A stretch of DNA of 62,029 bases, filler included. It is 9 parts of 9 records of this genome, joined end to end, with 100 filler letters (N's around TTAATTAATTAA, not from the genome) between each part and the next. Parts side by side here need not be neighbours in the genome. Positions count along the whole stretch, not along the records: positions 38,751 to 48,939 come from SRR31147125_340976; positions 49,040 to 56,763 come from SRR31147125_349676; 7 more parts are not named here. One strand, 5' to 3'. This document shows, one piece after another, positions 42,370 through 52,826 of this stretch. Numbering within the stretch: the stretch's first letter is position 1; each line of letters begins with the position of its first letter. The notes under the pieces are model-generated. The model was given only the letters and a program-made list of their open reading frames with translations, searched no databases and was not told the DNA's origin. The position numbers were made by a program, and so were the translations under genes.

Positions 42370-44175
42370 TCACGTGCGGACGGGCTCCTGTTTAAACGAA
42401 TCGAGGCGAACCAGCTCAGCGTAGCGCCCGTTTCGCGCGAGCAGGTCTTCGTGGGTACCCTGTTCCACGATCCGACCCGAGTCCATCACCACGATGCGAT
42501 CGGCACGCTTGATGGTGGACAGGCGGTGCGCGATGATGATCGAGGTCCTGTCGGTAATCGACGATACCGCCTGCTCCAGGATCCATTCGGTTTCGGAGTC
42601 GATCGACGCGGTTGCCTCGTCGAGAACCAGGATCGATGGATCCCGGCACAGCGCCCGTGCAAACGAGAGCAGCTGTTTTTCGCCCGAAGACAATTCCCGG
42701 CCCCCGTCACCGATAACCGTATCGAGGCCGTTTTCGAGGCGCTCGACAAACGGGGTCATACCGGCCCCGGCGAGTATGTCTGTAACGTGAGCCCGGGAGC
42801 AACCGCTGTTCATAACGATATTTTCAAAGAGGGTATCGTCAAGGATGAACACGTCCTGCAGGATGACGCCGACTCCTGTTCTCAGCTCGTCGAGGCTGAG
42901 AGTGCGGATATCGACGCCGTCTATGGAAATCTCGCCTTTCTGCGGGTCATAGAAGCGAAGCAGCAGGTTGATTATGGTCGACTTGCCGGACCCTGTCGAG
43001 CCGACGATCGCTATCGCCTCCGCGGCCTCGATTTTCAGGTCGAGATTGGTGAGTACCGGCTGGTCTTCGCGGTACGCGAAGGTTACGCCGGAGAAGGTGA
43101 TGGCTCCATCGGGACGGCCGAGGCTGTGCGTGATTTCCGGGGCACTGATCTGTTTCGTGGTGTCGAGCATCGCGAATATCCGTTCGGCGGATGCGAGGGC
43201 GGACTGCACGATTGAATATTTCTGGGCGAGTTCGCGCAGCGGCTGGAAGAAAAGCCGCATGTAGGCGATAAACGCGATCAGCTCACCGATGGTCAGGCTG
43301 CCAGCCATTACCAGGTGTCCGCCATAGACGAGAATCAGGGAGACTGCCACCCAGCTCATGCACTCGGTGAGCGGCATGAACGCGGCGAACAGCCGGATCT
43401 GGATCAATGTCCGTCTCAGGTATTCCCGGCTGAGCTCGTCGAATTTGGAGAACCACTCCCGCTCGCGGTTGAAAAGCTGGATTACCGAGATTCCTGAAAC
43501 GGACTCCTGGACGAAGCTGTTTATCCGGGACAGCTGGCTCCGTATCGCCCTGAAGCGTTCCCGGGCCAGCCGGGCGAACAAGACGATCAGGATCAGCGCG
43601 AGCGGCAGGAACACGGACATGACCCCCGCAAGTCTGGCGTTGAGATAAAAGAGCACGACCAGGATCCCGAAGAGGCGCAGCAGGTCGTTGAATAGCGTCA
43701 CGATGACCGACGTGAACATCTCGTACATGTTCTGAACATCGTTCGTCAGCCGAGTGACCAGCCTTCCCGTCGGCTGTTTGTCGAGAAACGACTGATCGAG
43801 CGTCAGGATGTGACTGAAAAGCTGCTGGCGGAGGCGGTGCATGATGGACTGGCCGACCCATTCGAGCAGCACGACCTGGACAAACGTCAGGACGAAACCG
43901 ATGAAGATCAGGATCCCGGTAATCACACCGATGGATATGAGCCCGGAAATCTGCTGGTCGGCGCTCATGTCGACGGCGGTGATGTACGTGTCGATCCCGG
44001 TCTTGACCAGGTAGGGGATGCTCAGTGCGGCGAAGGTCACGCCCATCGACAGGAAAGCCGCCACCCCAAGCGCCCTTTTGTAGCCGGCGCTCTTACGGAT
44101 AATGCGCCTCCACAGGGAGAGGTCATAGAAGGTGGCCGACTGGCCTTTCTCCATATATCCGCCGTAGTTACGCAT
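42370..44175 (-). CDS. ABC exporter, fused permease/ATPase (MdlB-like)
   Basis: Six TM segments; GSTGSGKS, LSSGEKQLLSFARAL, LVLDEATASID, IAHRLST. Confidence 0.93.
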   Translation of the reverse strand: MRNYGGYMEKGQSATFYDLSLWRRIIRKSAGYKRALGVAAFLSMGVTFAALSIPYLVKTGIDTYITAVDMSADQQISGLISIGVITGILIFIGFVLTFVQVVLLEWVGQSIMHRLRQQLFSHILTLDQSFLDKQPTGRLVTRLTNDVQNMYEMFTSVIVTLFNDLLRLFGILVVLFYLNARLAGVMSVFLPLALILIVLFARLARERFRAIRSQLSRINSFVQESVSGISVIQLFNREREWFSKFDELSREYLRRTLIQIRLFAAFMPLTECMSWVAVSLILVYGGHLVMAGSLTIGELIAFIAYMRLFFQPLRELAQKYSIVQSALASAERIFAMLDTTKQISAPEITHSLGRPDGAITFSGVTFAYREDQPVLTNLDLKIEAAEAIAIVGSTGSGKSTIINLLLRFYDPQKGEISIDGVDIRTLSLDELRTGVGVILQDVFILDDTLFENIVMNSGCSRAHVTDILAGAGMTPFVERLENGLDTVIGDGGRELSSGEKQLLSFARALCRDPSILVLDEATASIDSETEWILEQAVSSITDRTSIIIAHRLSTIKRADRIVVMDSGRIVEQGTHEDLLARNGRYAELVRLDSFKQEPVRT

Positions 44176-45973
44176 CGCCGAGCACTCCTTCACCCTGCTG
44201 CTGTCGGTGATGGATGGACTGGTAGAAGGCGTTTGAGAGCAGCAGCGAGCTGTGGGTCCCGTCCCCGATCATCCGGCCCTGTTCAAGGACTAAAATCCGG
44301 TCGGTCATGGAGAGCAGTTTGACCCGGTTGGAAACGATGAACACGGTCTTGTCGACAAAACGTCTGCGTAGTGAGTCGATGATGCGGTTTTCGGTGGATG
44401 TGTCGACTGCCGACAGCCCGTCGTCGATCACCAGAGTCGGTCGATCCGCCGCGAGGGCCCGGGCCAGCGCGATCCGCTGACGCTGGCCGCCCGATAACGT
44501 GATGCCTCGCTCTCCGACTACCGTGTCGTAGCCGTCGGGGAATTCAAGGATCTCGCGATGGATATCGGCGTCGGCAGCAGCTGCCTGGATGGTGTCCATG
44601 TTGACGTCGTCGAGGCCCAGGCCGATATTGGCGGCGATCGTGTCCGAGAACAGGATCGGTTCCTGGGACACGTAGGAGATCCGGGTGCGCAGCTGATCGA
44701 TGGACAGTCGGTTTACATCGGCGGGGCCGAAAAACAGCTTTCCGTCCGGGAGCGGGTAGAGTCGCAGCAGCAGTTTGCACAGGGTGGTCTTGCCGCTGCC
44801 GGTTCTGCCGGTAATCCCGATAATGCCGGATTCGACCGTGAAACTGATGTCTTCGAGCTGGTTGATACGGGAACCAGGGTAAGAGAAACTCAGGTTGTCG
44901 GCACTAAACGCGGAACTGCCCGTTGGCAGGTCTGTCTCTGTACGGGGTGGTCGCAGGATCGGCTTATCCGTGACCAGGCCGTGGATCCTGCGCAGCGCCG
45001 TGGTGCCACGCTGGGTGAGATTTGCCACCCAGCCCACTGCCATCATCGGCCAGATGAGCATCTGCAGATAGGTGGTGAACGCGGCGAAATCTCCAAGGGT
45101 TATCGCCCCCTCGATAACCAGTTTGCCGCCAAAAACGAGGATTATCAGATGTCCGCAGTTGCCGATCAGTGTCGATATCGGGAACAGCAACCCGTTGATC
45201 ATCGCGACACGGATGTTGGCGTCAACGTACGTTCGTCCCATCCGATCGAACCGCTCGACCTGATTCTTTTCGAACGTGTAAGCCTTGATCAGCCTGACCG
45301 ACACCATCGCCGATCTGGCATACTCGGTGAGTACGGCAAACTGCTCCTGCACATGGTTGAATCGATGGTGCAGCCGGGCGGAGAGGATGCGGGTCGCGAT
45401 CGCGAGGAAGGGGAGGGGGAGCAGCGCGTACAACGTGAGCAGCGGGTGGATGGAGATCATGAAGCCGATGGCGGCCACGGACAGCACGAGTGCGTCGACA
45501 GCGGCTACCATCCCCATGCCGCAGGCCATCTGTACGGCCGCGAGATCATTTGACCCGTGGGCCATGATATCGCCGGTCGAGCGGCGGGAGAAGAAGTGCT
45601 GGTCCATGGACAGGATGTGTGAAAATATTAGATTCCTCAGCGACTGCTCGAGGTAGCGGGAAAACCCGATGAGCAGTCGTCTCCATACGTATCTGAGCAC
45701 CACGACGGAGAGGGCGATGGCGACGATCAGGCCGGCCATCGTCATCAGGCGGTCCGTGGTCGCTTCTCCGGCGGTCAGTGCGTCGATCACCGTTTTTACC
45801 GCGAGCGGGATACAGAGCTGCAGGATATCGACACTGATCAGGGCGAGAAAACCGGCAAGCAGCCGAAAGCGCTGCTTTCTGAACTGGGCGGCCAGCAGTT
45901 GCGTCCACAGCGCAGCAAGGCCGATTTTCTGTACGGAAGCGCTTTCACCCGGGAGGGGATTCTCGTGGGTCAT
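44168..45973 (-). CDS. ABC exporter, fused permease/ATPase (MdlA-like, degenerate nucleotide site)
   Basis: GRTGSGKT, LSGGQRQR, non-canonical IDDGLSAVD and SNR as in heterodimeric exporters. Confidence 0.93.
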   Translation of the reverse strand: MTHENPLPGESASVQKIGLAALWTQLLAAQFRKQRFRLLAGFLALISVDILQLCIPLAVKTVIDALTAGEATTDRLMTMAGLIVAIALSVVVLRYVWRRLLIGFSRYLEQSLRNLIFSHILSMDQHFFSRRSTGDIMAHGSNDLAAVQMACGMGMVAAVDALVLSVAAIGFMISIHPLLTLYALLPLPFLAIATRILSARLHHRFNHVQEQFAVLTEYARSAMVSVRLIKAYTFEKNQVERFDRMGRTYVDANIRVAMINGLLFPISTLIGNCGHLIILVFGGKLVIEGAITLGDFAAFTTYLQMLIWPMMAVGWVANLTQRGTTALRRIHGLVTDKPILRPPRTETDLPTGSSAFSADNLSFSYPGSRINQLEDISFTVESGIIGITGRTGSGKTTLCKLLLRLYPLPDGKLFFGPADVNRLSIDQLRTRISYVSQEPILFSDTIAANIGLGLDDVNMDTIQAAAADADIHREILEFPDGYDTVVGERGITLSGGQRQRIALARALAADRPTLVIDDGLSAVDTSTENRIIDSLRRRFVDKTVFIVSNRVKLLSMTDRILVLEQGRMIGDGTHSSLLLSNAFYQSIHHRQQQGEGVLGDA

Positions 45974-46145
45974 GGATTTCTCTGCCGGGTGGCTGTTTTT
46001 CACGCTGTACCTGTGATACGATAGGGTGCGGGTTGGAGAAAATTACAAACGAACGTGACCAGCATATTGCAATTGCATGGTAAATCAAGCATGAAAATGA
46101 AATTGTCCATGTGTGTCGGTGGATTGGAGATCGAGGTGAATGACC

Positions 46146-46373
46146 ATGAATCAGAATACGATACAACGATGCTTCACCGGAGTGTGGCTGCTCCTGGTGC
46201 TCGTGTCCTGTTCATCAGGGGAGGAGAGCGACCAGCAGTCGGCTATTGATGAAGCCGTCCAGAAAACGGCTGACAAGGCGGTTCATTATATCAAGGATCC
46301 GATCAACAAGGCGGAGGCGGTAAAAGAGCTCGAAGAGGAGCGTATGAGAACGCAGGATGAACAGCTGCAGTAG
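46146..46373 (+). CDS. Small lipoprotein, unknown function
   Basis: LVLVS-C lipobox; RBS GAGGTG; helical charged body. Confidence 0.65.
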   Translation: MNQNTIQRCFTGVWLLLVLVSCSSGEESDQQSAIDEAVQKTADKAVHYIKDPINKAEAVKELEEERMRTQDEQLQ

Positions 46374-46399
46374 CTGCCCGGCGGCGCATGCGATGTTCC

Positions 46400-47580
46400 C
46401 TATAAGCGTTCTGCGACGATCTCCCTGATGGCTTGTGCGTTGAGTTGGACGGGGTTGTTCTTGTTCGATGCCCCCGCAACGATTTTGTCCAGGTGATCCG
46501 CCGTGACGCCGAACCGTGACAACCGCGGGAGAGGCAGGTCGTTGGTCAATTTCTGGAGATAGTCAACGAATGCGGACCCGCGTGACGGGCCATCTGACTG
46601 AATTCCGCAGAACAGGCTGTCCAGACGGCCGTATTTAGCAAGAGACGATTCCTGCATATGATCTCCGTGATCAGCGGTGGCCAGTATCTCCCGCGTTTTC
46701 CGGTTGCCGCTCGCCATCAGCGTTCCACACACGGATCCGTGCGGGATTGAGAACAGACATCCCAGAAGCGGTGCCAGTCCGTGGATGATCCCGAGTCCGG
46801 CGTTGGCCAGCACGATCCCCGAACACAATGACGCAAACGCCATATCGGTGCGGGCGTCGAGGTTTTCACCGTTACGGTAAACTTCACGCAGCGATGTGCG
46901 GATGTTTTTCAGCCCCTCCCACGCAATGGTGTCGGTAATATCGGATGCGTTTGTCGACAGATACCCTTCGACCAACTGGGTGAAGGTATCCATTGCACAT
47001 GACGCGGTCAGGTCTCGTGGACAGGTCCGCATCAGGTCGGGGTCTATAACCGCGTAGTCGGGAATGTAGCGATCGTGGCGCAGGGATTTTTGAACCCACC
47101 GGCGCCGGATCTGGTTATCACGCTGTTCGCTGTTGCCTCGCTGCCGGTTCCGGCGGTGGTCGGGACGGCGATAAACGATGTCTTGGTCCCGTCCGGCGTG
47201 CGGTGACCGACTCCCTCAAGAAAGTCAATGACCGGTTCGCCGGAGGGCAGCATGGCGGATACCGCCTTGCCGCCGTCAAGAACAGAGCCGCCTCCAATCG
47301 AGATAACCGCATCGGGGCGGAGCGCCCGGAATCGCCGGACGATCCTGTCGATACTCTCCGGAGTTGGTTCCGCGTCGATGGTTGTATAGAAAAGCTCGCC
47401 ACCAGCCTGCAGCAGCTCCTTTTCAACGGACGGCCACTGGTTCGTTCGGTCGTGGAAACCGGCGCCGGTGATCACGATAAAGCGCGATCCGAGGGACGCA
47501 CAGATCCGGGGAAGGGAGGTGATACTGCCGGCACCGAAGGAGATTGCAGGCAGAGGCTTGAGGGAAAAATTGTCGGGCAT
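46400..47580 (-). CDS. Iron-containing alcohol dehydrogenase (frameshift near 47087-47091)
   Basis: IGGGSVLDGGKA, AVPTTAGTGSEAT, NAGLGIIHGLA, IPHG. Confidence 0.9.
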
Positions 47581-47632
47581 GGAGAGCACGGGCTGCCTGG
47601 GTTACTTATGTAATTAATTACTATATATGAAT

Positions 47633-47670
47633 AATTGAAAAAGTAATAACAATGCTTATCTTTTTCAATT
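47633..47670. promoter_or_regulatory. Perfect 11-bp inverted repeat AATTGAAAAAG-N16-CTTTTTCAATT
   Basis: In the AT-rich divergent intergenic region between Fe-ADH and the J-domain gene. Confidence 0.5.
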
Positions 47671-47781
47671 GAATACGACTATACACGGTGAACCCGGTTT
47701 TTTCACGGTAATTGCCTGTGACGGGAGACCTGCAATCGATAAATCCGGATATGAATGAGCCGGTTTACATAGAGGAACAGT

Positions 47782-48827
47782 ATGAAACAAGAGAGTTATT
47801 ACGATATACTCGGTATTGCGCGGGACGGGACCGAAGAAGAGATATCGCGGGCGTTTAAAACCCAGGCGCGCAGGTGTCACCCGGACGTCAGCACGGAACC
47901 GAACGCGGAGGAGCGGTTCAAGCAAATCAACGAGGCCCATTCCGTGTTGTCCGATTCAGAGAAGCGGCGTTTCTATGATCGCTATGGGGACGACTGGGAC
48001 CAGGCGATGCGCAGCACGCATGAATACGGAAGTCAGGACCCCGGTTCATCCGGTGGTCCGGGGGCGGTTTCGGGTCTTTTTACGCGCAACAGGAGGGTGA
48101 GCCATCGGGGTTCTCATACCACGACGGGTACGTCGATGAAAAGGATATCGAGAGTCTCTTTGCGAACCTGTTTTCCGGAGGGGAGCAGCACACGCGTCGC
48201 GCGTGGTCCGGGAAGACGGGGGTGCACGCACGGGGACGGGATATCGAAGCGGAAATAGTGATGCGGATCGATGACCTTGTTGCATCCCGGAGCTGCATGA
48301 TTTCACTGGATAGAGGAGACGGGACAGACCCGCCCAGGAAAATCGAGGTGAAGATACCTCCGGGGGTGACGGATGGATCGGTTATCAGGTTGAAGGGGCA
48401 GGGAGAGCCGGGGTTTGGAAACGGAACCCCGGGCGACGTGCTGCTGAAAATCAGGCTTGCACCGGATGAGCGGTACCGGGTGAGCGGCTACGATCTTGAA
48501 TCCGATGCAACGCTGTCTCCCTGGGAGGCCGCTCTCGGGGTGAAGATCGACGTGGATACGCCGGGCGGCCCGGTGCGTCTTGCGATCCCTCCGGGGACCC
48601 GGGCGAATCGGCGTTTTCGGTTGCGGGGAAAAGGGCTGTCCAGGAAAGATGGTTCAGGGGATCTGTTCGTTCGGATCAGGGTCGATATTCCGGAGAGGTT
48701 GAGCGAAGAGGAGAAATCCCTGTTCGAAGAGCTGGCAAATGTGTCCGATTATAAGCCCCGCGGCGGCGTGCGCACCCGTTCCGAGAGCTCTGCCGGGAGT
48801 ACACAGCGTATGGATCAGGCTGCATGA
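47782..48827 (+). CDS. cbpA: CbpA-like class II J-domain protein (frameshifted near 48060-48230)
   Basis: J domain with HPD; DnaJ_C region (IPPGVTDGSVIRLKGQG, SPWEAALG, RLRGKG); no zinc finger. Confidence 0.82.
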
Positions 48828-48939
48828 ACACGATGGGGTACCGTGCATAATTCTCTTTTGCCAAACTCTGCGTTGCGCGTGGAAATTTTATCCTCGGCCT
48901 ATCACCTCGGCCTGCGGTAAAATTTTCACACGCGCCTTG

Positions 48940-49039
48940 NNNNNNNNNNNNNNNNNNNNNNNNNNNNNNNNNNNNNNNNNNNNTTAATTAATTAANNNNN
49001 NNNNNNNNNNNNNNNNNNNNNNNNNNNNNNNNNNNNNNN
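48940..49039. other. Artificial contig linker
   Basis: N44-TTAATTAATTAA-N44. Confidence 0.99.
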
Positions 49040-49095
49040 CCCGGCCGCCGTCACCGGCTCTTGCCAGAGGGATCAAGCCGGTTCATATTCAGTCC

Positions 49096-50304
49096 ATGGT
49101 AACCAAGATACTCCTTCATGAAGGACATCTGATTGACTCCGGACTGCTGTCCACCATCCTGAATCTCATACTGGAAGAGGGTGCGGATTACGAAGTGCTC
49201 AACTTCGATGTCGGGAAAATTCCCGAGGATGAATCCCGGATGCGTATACTGCTCAAAGCCGACGATGACACGGCATTGACAGCCGTCGCCGCCAAACTGA
49301 CAACTCTGGGAGTTCGGGCGGAAGGAGAGTCCAACGCCGTCTGGGGTGAAGTCGGTCATGACATGGCAGCCCCGGCGGACTTCTATTCCACGACCAATCA
49401 TCGTACCGAAGTATTCATCGACGGGGCCTGGAAGGAGACGACCGGCCAGCGTATGGACGCGGCCATCGTGCTCACCGACGGTATTCCGGTCTGTACAAAA
49501 CTACGGGATCTGAAGACCGGAAACCGGGTTCTTGTCGGCGCTGGCTCGGTGCGTGTGCATCCACCCGAAGCTGAAGGGGGCTCCGACGGCTTCGCCTTCA
49601 TGAACAACGACGTATCATCTGAACGCAATGCGACAGGCTCGGCTGCGAAAATCGCCGGCCAGATGCGGGACATCCGTGCTGCCGGCGGGAAGATTGTCGT
49701 TGTCGCCGGCCCTGTGGTGGTGCACACCGGTGGCGCCGATGCACTGGCGGCGCTGGTGAAGGGAGGCTGGATCAACGGACTGCTCGGAGGCAACGCCCTT
49801 GCGGTCCACGACCTGGAGTACCGGCTCTTCGGCACGTCCCTCGGAGTGGACCTTGCCAGTGGACGACCGACCCATGAGGGTCACAAGAATCACATGATGG
49901 CCATCAATGCCGTATACAATGCCGGTTCCATCCGTGGCTTGATTGATCGCGGAGATCTCGGAGAAGGTTTGATGTTCGAAATCGAGCAGTCCGGGATTCC
50001 CTACTGTCTGGCCGGTTCCATTCGCGACGACGGCCCCCTGCCGGAAACCGAAATGGACATGATCAAAGCCCAGGCGGCTTACGCCGCCATCGTGGCCGGA
50101 AGCGACATGATCCTGATGCTCTCCACCATGCTGCACTCCATTGGCACCGGCAACATGACCCCCAGCTGGGTGAAGACCGTCTGCGTGGACATCAATCCAG
50201 CGGTGGTGACCAAGCTCTCCGACCGGGGAAGTGCCCAGGCGGTGGGTATCGTCAGTGATGTGGGACTGTTCCTTCGAGCGCTGGCATCGGAGCTGGCGGA
50301 CTAG
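49096..50304 (+). CDS. TIGR00300-family protein (ArgZ/AgrE C-terminal-like ornithine cyclodeaminase)
   Basis: EGHLIDS, PADFYSTT, RMD, FMNNDVSSE, GNALAVHD, LAGSIRDDGPLP, TMLHSIGTGNM, KLSDRGS. Confidence 0.9.
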   Translation: MVTKILLHEGHLIDSGLLSTILNLILEEGADYEVLNFDVGKIPEDESRMRILLKADDDTALTAVAAKLTTLGVRAEGESNAVWGEVGHDMAAPADFYSTTNHRTEVFIDGAWKETTGQRMDAAIVLTDGIPVCTKLRDLKTGNRVLVGAGSVRVHPPEAEGGSDGFAFMNNDVSSERNATGSAAKIAGQMRDIRAAGGKIVVVAGPVVVHTGGADALAALVKGGWINGLLGGNALAVHDLEYRLFGTSLGVDLASGRPTHEGHKNHMMAINAVYNAGSIRGLIDRGDLGEGLMFEIEQSGIPYCLAGSIRDDGPLPETEMDMIKAQAAYAAIVAGSDMILMLSTMLHSIGTGNMTPSWVKTVCVDINPAVVTKLSDRGSAQAVGIVSDVGLFLRALASELAD

Positions 50305-51553
50305 AAGGGCTGCACCATATCCGGTTCAGGCAGCCTGAGCCGCACATCGAGCTCCGCCAGCAGCTCAAGGGGCGCCTCCAGATCGTCAGTTGCGGACAGG
50401 CCGGTCGGCGTAGTGACACCGAAGATGAGCCTCGTGAAGGCATTCACCGAACATCTCATCAACGGCAGTCCTTTGCCGAATCCGACTGTGGCGGCGGAAC
50501 CCGCCTCTCCCATCTCCACGTTCCAGTTTCCGGCAAGCCCCTTCCACCCGGAGCTTTCCGGCAGAAAATGGCTAATCGGATCGGTCAGCTCCAGGTTGAA
50601 CCGGACAGTCCCTCCCGGGAGTTTCAGCGCGGCCAGGGTTTTCTCCATGTTCAGAATCCGCGCCTGTTTATAGGATACGGCCCTTATCCGGGTGTCGAAC
50701 TTGCTGTTTTCGAACATCTCCTGCCGGCGCAGGGGCCGTGAAATGAGGTCTTGTATCTGGATACCCCAGGGTTCCCGGAGTTTGAAGGCATAGACCTGAT
50801 CGCCCAGGTTCCTCACCACGGAGAGGAGCTCCATCATTTCAGCGTAGTTCCGGTACACCATCCAGATGATGCGATAGGGACCGCTTTCTCCTTTTCCTCC
50901 ACCACCATGTGGTGGGTGAGTGTTCCTTTTTCGTCTTCGAAGCCCAGGGCGAACCAGTGATCGATCTCGGTGAGAATGAGACCGGTGAAATCAGGATGGT
51001 CGAACTTCACCAGGCCGTGGTGGATCATCCTTTCCTGAATATTCTCATGAATACGGTGAAGGTCTTTCTTCTTCAGCCGGATCGGATGCCGGCCCAGTGG
51101 TGGTACCTTCAGACTGAGGGGATCCACGCTGATTTGCCTGATATAGGGGAAGTTCCCGAAGCCCAGCTTGTTGTAGAATCCCTGGTCGAAAATACCCAGG
51201 CCGGCCACTGCATCTCCTTCCTCGGCAGCCCGGGCCAGGGTGAGGGCGGTGAGCTCTCCGGCGGTTCCCGTCCGGCGGGTCGTGCGCCCAGCGGTCACCG
51301 AAGTGATCCCCCGGAAGGGCAGCTCCGAACCGGAAAGGTTGATGCTTCCCCTGTGGGTGGTAACAAGGCATTCCGCCGCGCCTCTGAATCCAGCCACGTC
51401 AGCCGTACCGCATTGCAGCCAGAGCCGGAAAGAATCCAAGGTCTTCTTGTTCTTCCTGATGTCCATCCAGCCGCATTCCTGCCAGATGCGGGCGACGGCT
51501 TTCTCGTCACTGTCTTTTGCGTAAGAGCGATAGGTGATTCCGGTCATACGCAT
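50301..51553 (-). CDS. Eis-like GNAT acetyltransferase with SCP2-like C-terminus (frameshift near 50890)
   Basis: ITSVTA....RRTG.A acetyl-CoA loop, GFYNKLGF; two overlapping ORFs. Confidence 0.75.
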
Positions 51554-51614
51554 CAGTTTATCAGCCTCCCGGCCCGCATGGTAGAGCCGGGGCCCGACAG
51601 GTTATGATTCCTCC

Positions 51615-52805
51615 ATGTACGACTTCGAGACACGTATCAACCGCAGGGGAACATCCTGCGCCAAATGGGATCTGGACAAGAAAATCACCGGCCGTTCAGG
51701 ACTGCTGCCGTTCTGGGTTGCCGATATGGATTTCGAGATCGCCCCGGAGATCAAACAGGCGCTCCATCAGCGGCTGGATCACGGCATATTCGGATACACA
51801 GAGAAACCGAAGTCCCTGGATGAGGCCCTGGTCTCCTGGTTTTCACGACGGCATGACTGGGAGATCAATCCCGGTGACATTATCGAAGCTCCCGGCATCG
51901 TTCCTTTCATCCACATGGCTGTTCAGGAGTTCTCCGATGCCGGAGACGCCGTGGTGATTCAGGAACCGGTCTACTACCCCTTCCGCAGGGCCATCGAGAA
52001 CAACGGCCGCAGAGTAGTGAACAATCAGCTGGTTCAGGATGCCGACGGCCGATGGGGAATGGACCTGGCAGATCTGGAGAATCAAATCCAGGGAAGCGGG
52101 GCCAGGCTCATGATTCTGTGTTCCCCCCATAATCCGGTAGGACGGGTCTGGCAGGAGGAGGAACTCCTGGCCCTGGCCGATCTCTGCCGCCGTCATCAGG
52201 TTCTGGTGATCAGTGATGAGATCCATGCCGACCTGGTCCATGCCGGGTACCGGCACATCCCCTGGCTCACCGTCGCCGGCCCCGACGGTCGGGAAGACCT
52301 CCTGCCGGCGTCCATTGCGCTGGTTTCGGCAACCAAAACTTTCAACCTTCCGGGGCTCACCACCGCCTATGCCCTGGCGGGGGACAGGGAGCTTTCTGAA
52401 CGTATCCGCCGAATGCTGACCGGCCTTGGAATGGGCGGCGGTTCCACCGCGCCGTTATCCTATGTGGCCGCGGAAGCCGCCTGGCAGAAGGGAGAACCCT
52501 GGCTGAACGCCCTGATGGTCCATCTGGCGGCTAATGACCGTCTGCTCCGTGACCGGCTCGCTGAAGCACTGCCGGAAGTGACGCCCGCGGATCTTGAGGG
52601 AACCTATCTGGAATGGCTGGATATCAGCGGTCTCGGACTGAAGGATGACGTCGCCTGGAAATCTCTTCTGGACGCCGGAGCCTGGCCCAGTCGAGGAAGC
52701 CAGTTCGGCCGCGGCGGCGAGGGCCACATCAGGGTGAATATTGCCTGTCCCGAGTCACAGCTGTCTGAGGGCCTGGATATGATGATTCGAGCCCTGCGCC
52801 GTTGA
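51615..52805 (+). CDS. MalY/PatB-family PLP-dependent C-S lyase/aminotransferase
   Basis: WVADMDF, HGIFGY, CSPHNPVGR, SDEIHADL, SATKTFNLPG, TYLEWLD. Confidence 0.93.
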   Translation: MYDFETRINRRGTSCAKWDLDKKITGRSGLLPFWVADMDFEIAPEIKQALHQRLDHGIFGYTEKPKSLDEALVSWFSRRHDWEINPGDIIEAPGIVPFIHMAVQEFSDAGDAVVIQEPVYYPFRRAIENNGRRVVNNQLVQDADGRWGMDLADLENQIQGSGARLMILCSPHNPVGRVWQEEELLALADLCRRHQVLVISDEIHADLVHAGYRHIPWLTVAGPDGREDLLPASIALVSATKTFNLPGLTTAYALAGDRELSERIRRMLTGLGMGGGSTAPLSYVAAEAAWQKGEPWLNALMVHLAANDRLLRDRLAEALPEVTPADLEGTYLEWLDISGLGLKDDVAWKSLLDAGAWPSRGSQFGRGGEGHIRVNIACPESQLSEGLDMMIRALRR

Positions 52806-52826
52806 GCCGCCGGATCAGCTGGAACG

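Noticed and set aside
4724-51553. About ten split genes (TIGR02302, BKACE, GspE, Mo enzyme, GATase, SBP, MFS, Fe-ADH, CbpA, GNAT) as pseudogenes or programmed frameshifts
   Set aside because: Where I traced the break it is a single missing base in a homopolymer run (e.g. 12558, 24853, 27520, 31570). It occurs across unrelated organisms with both halves intact, which points to sequencing indel error.
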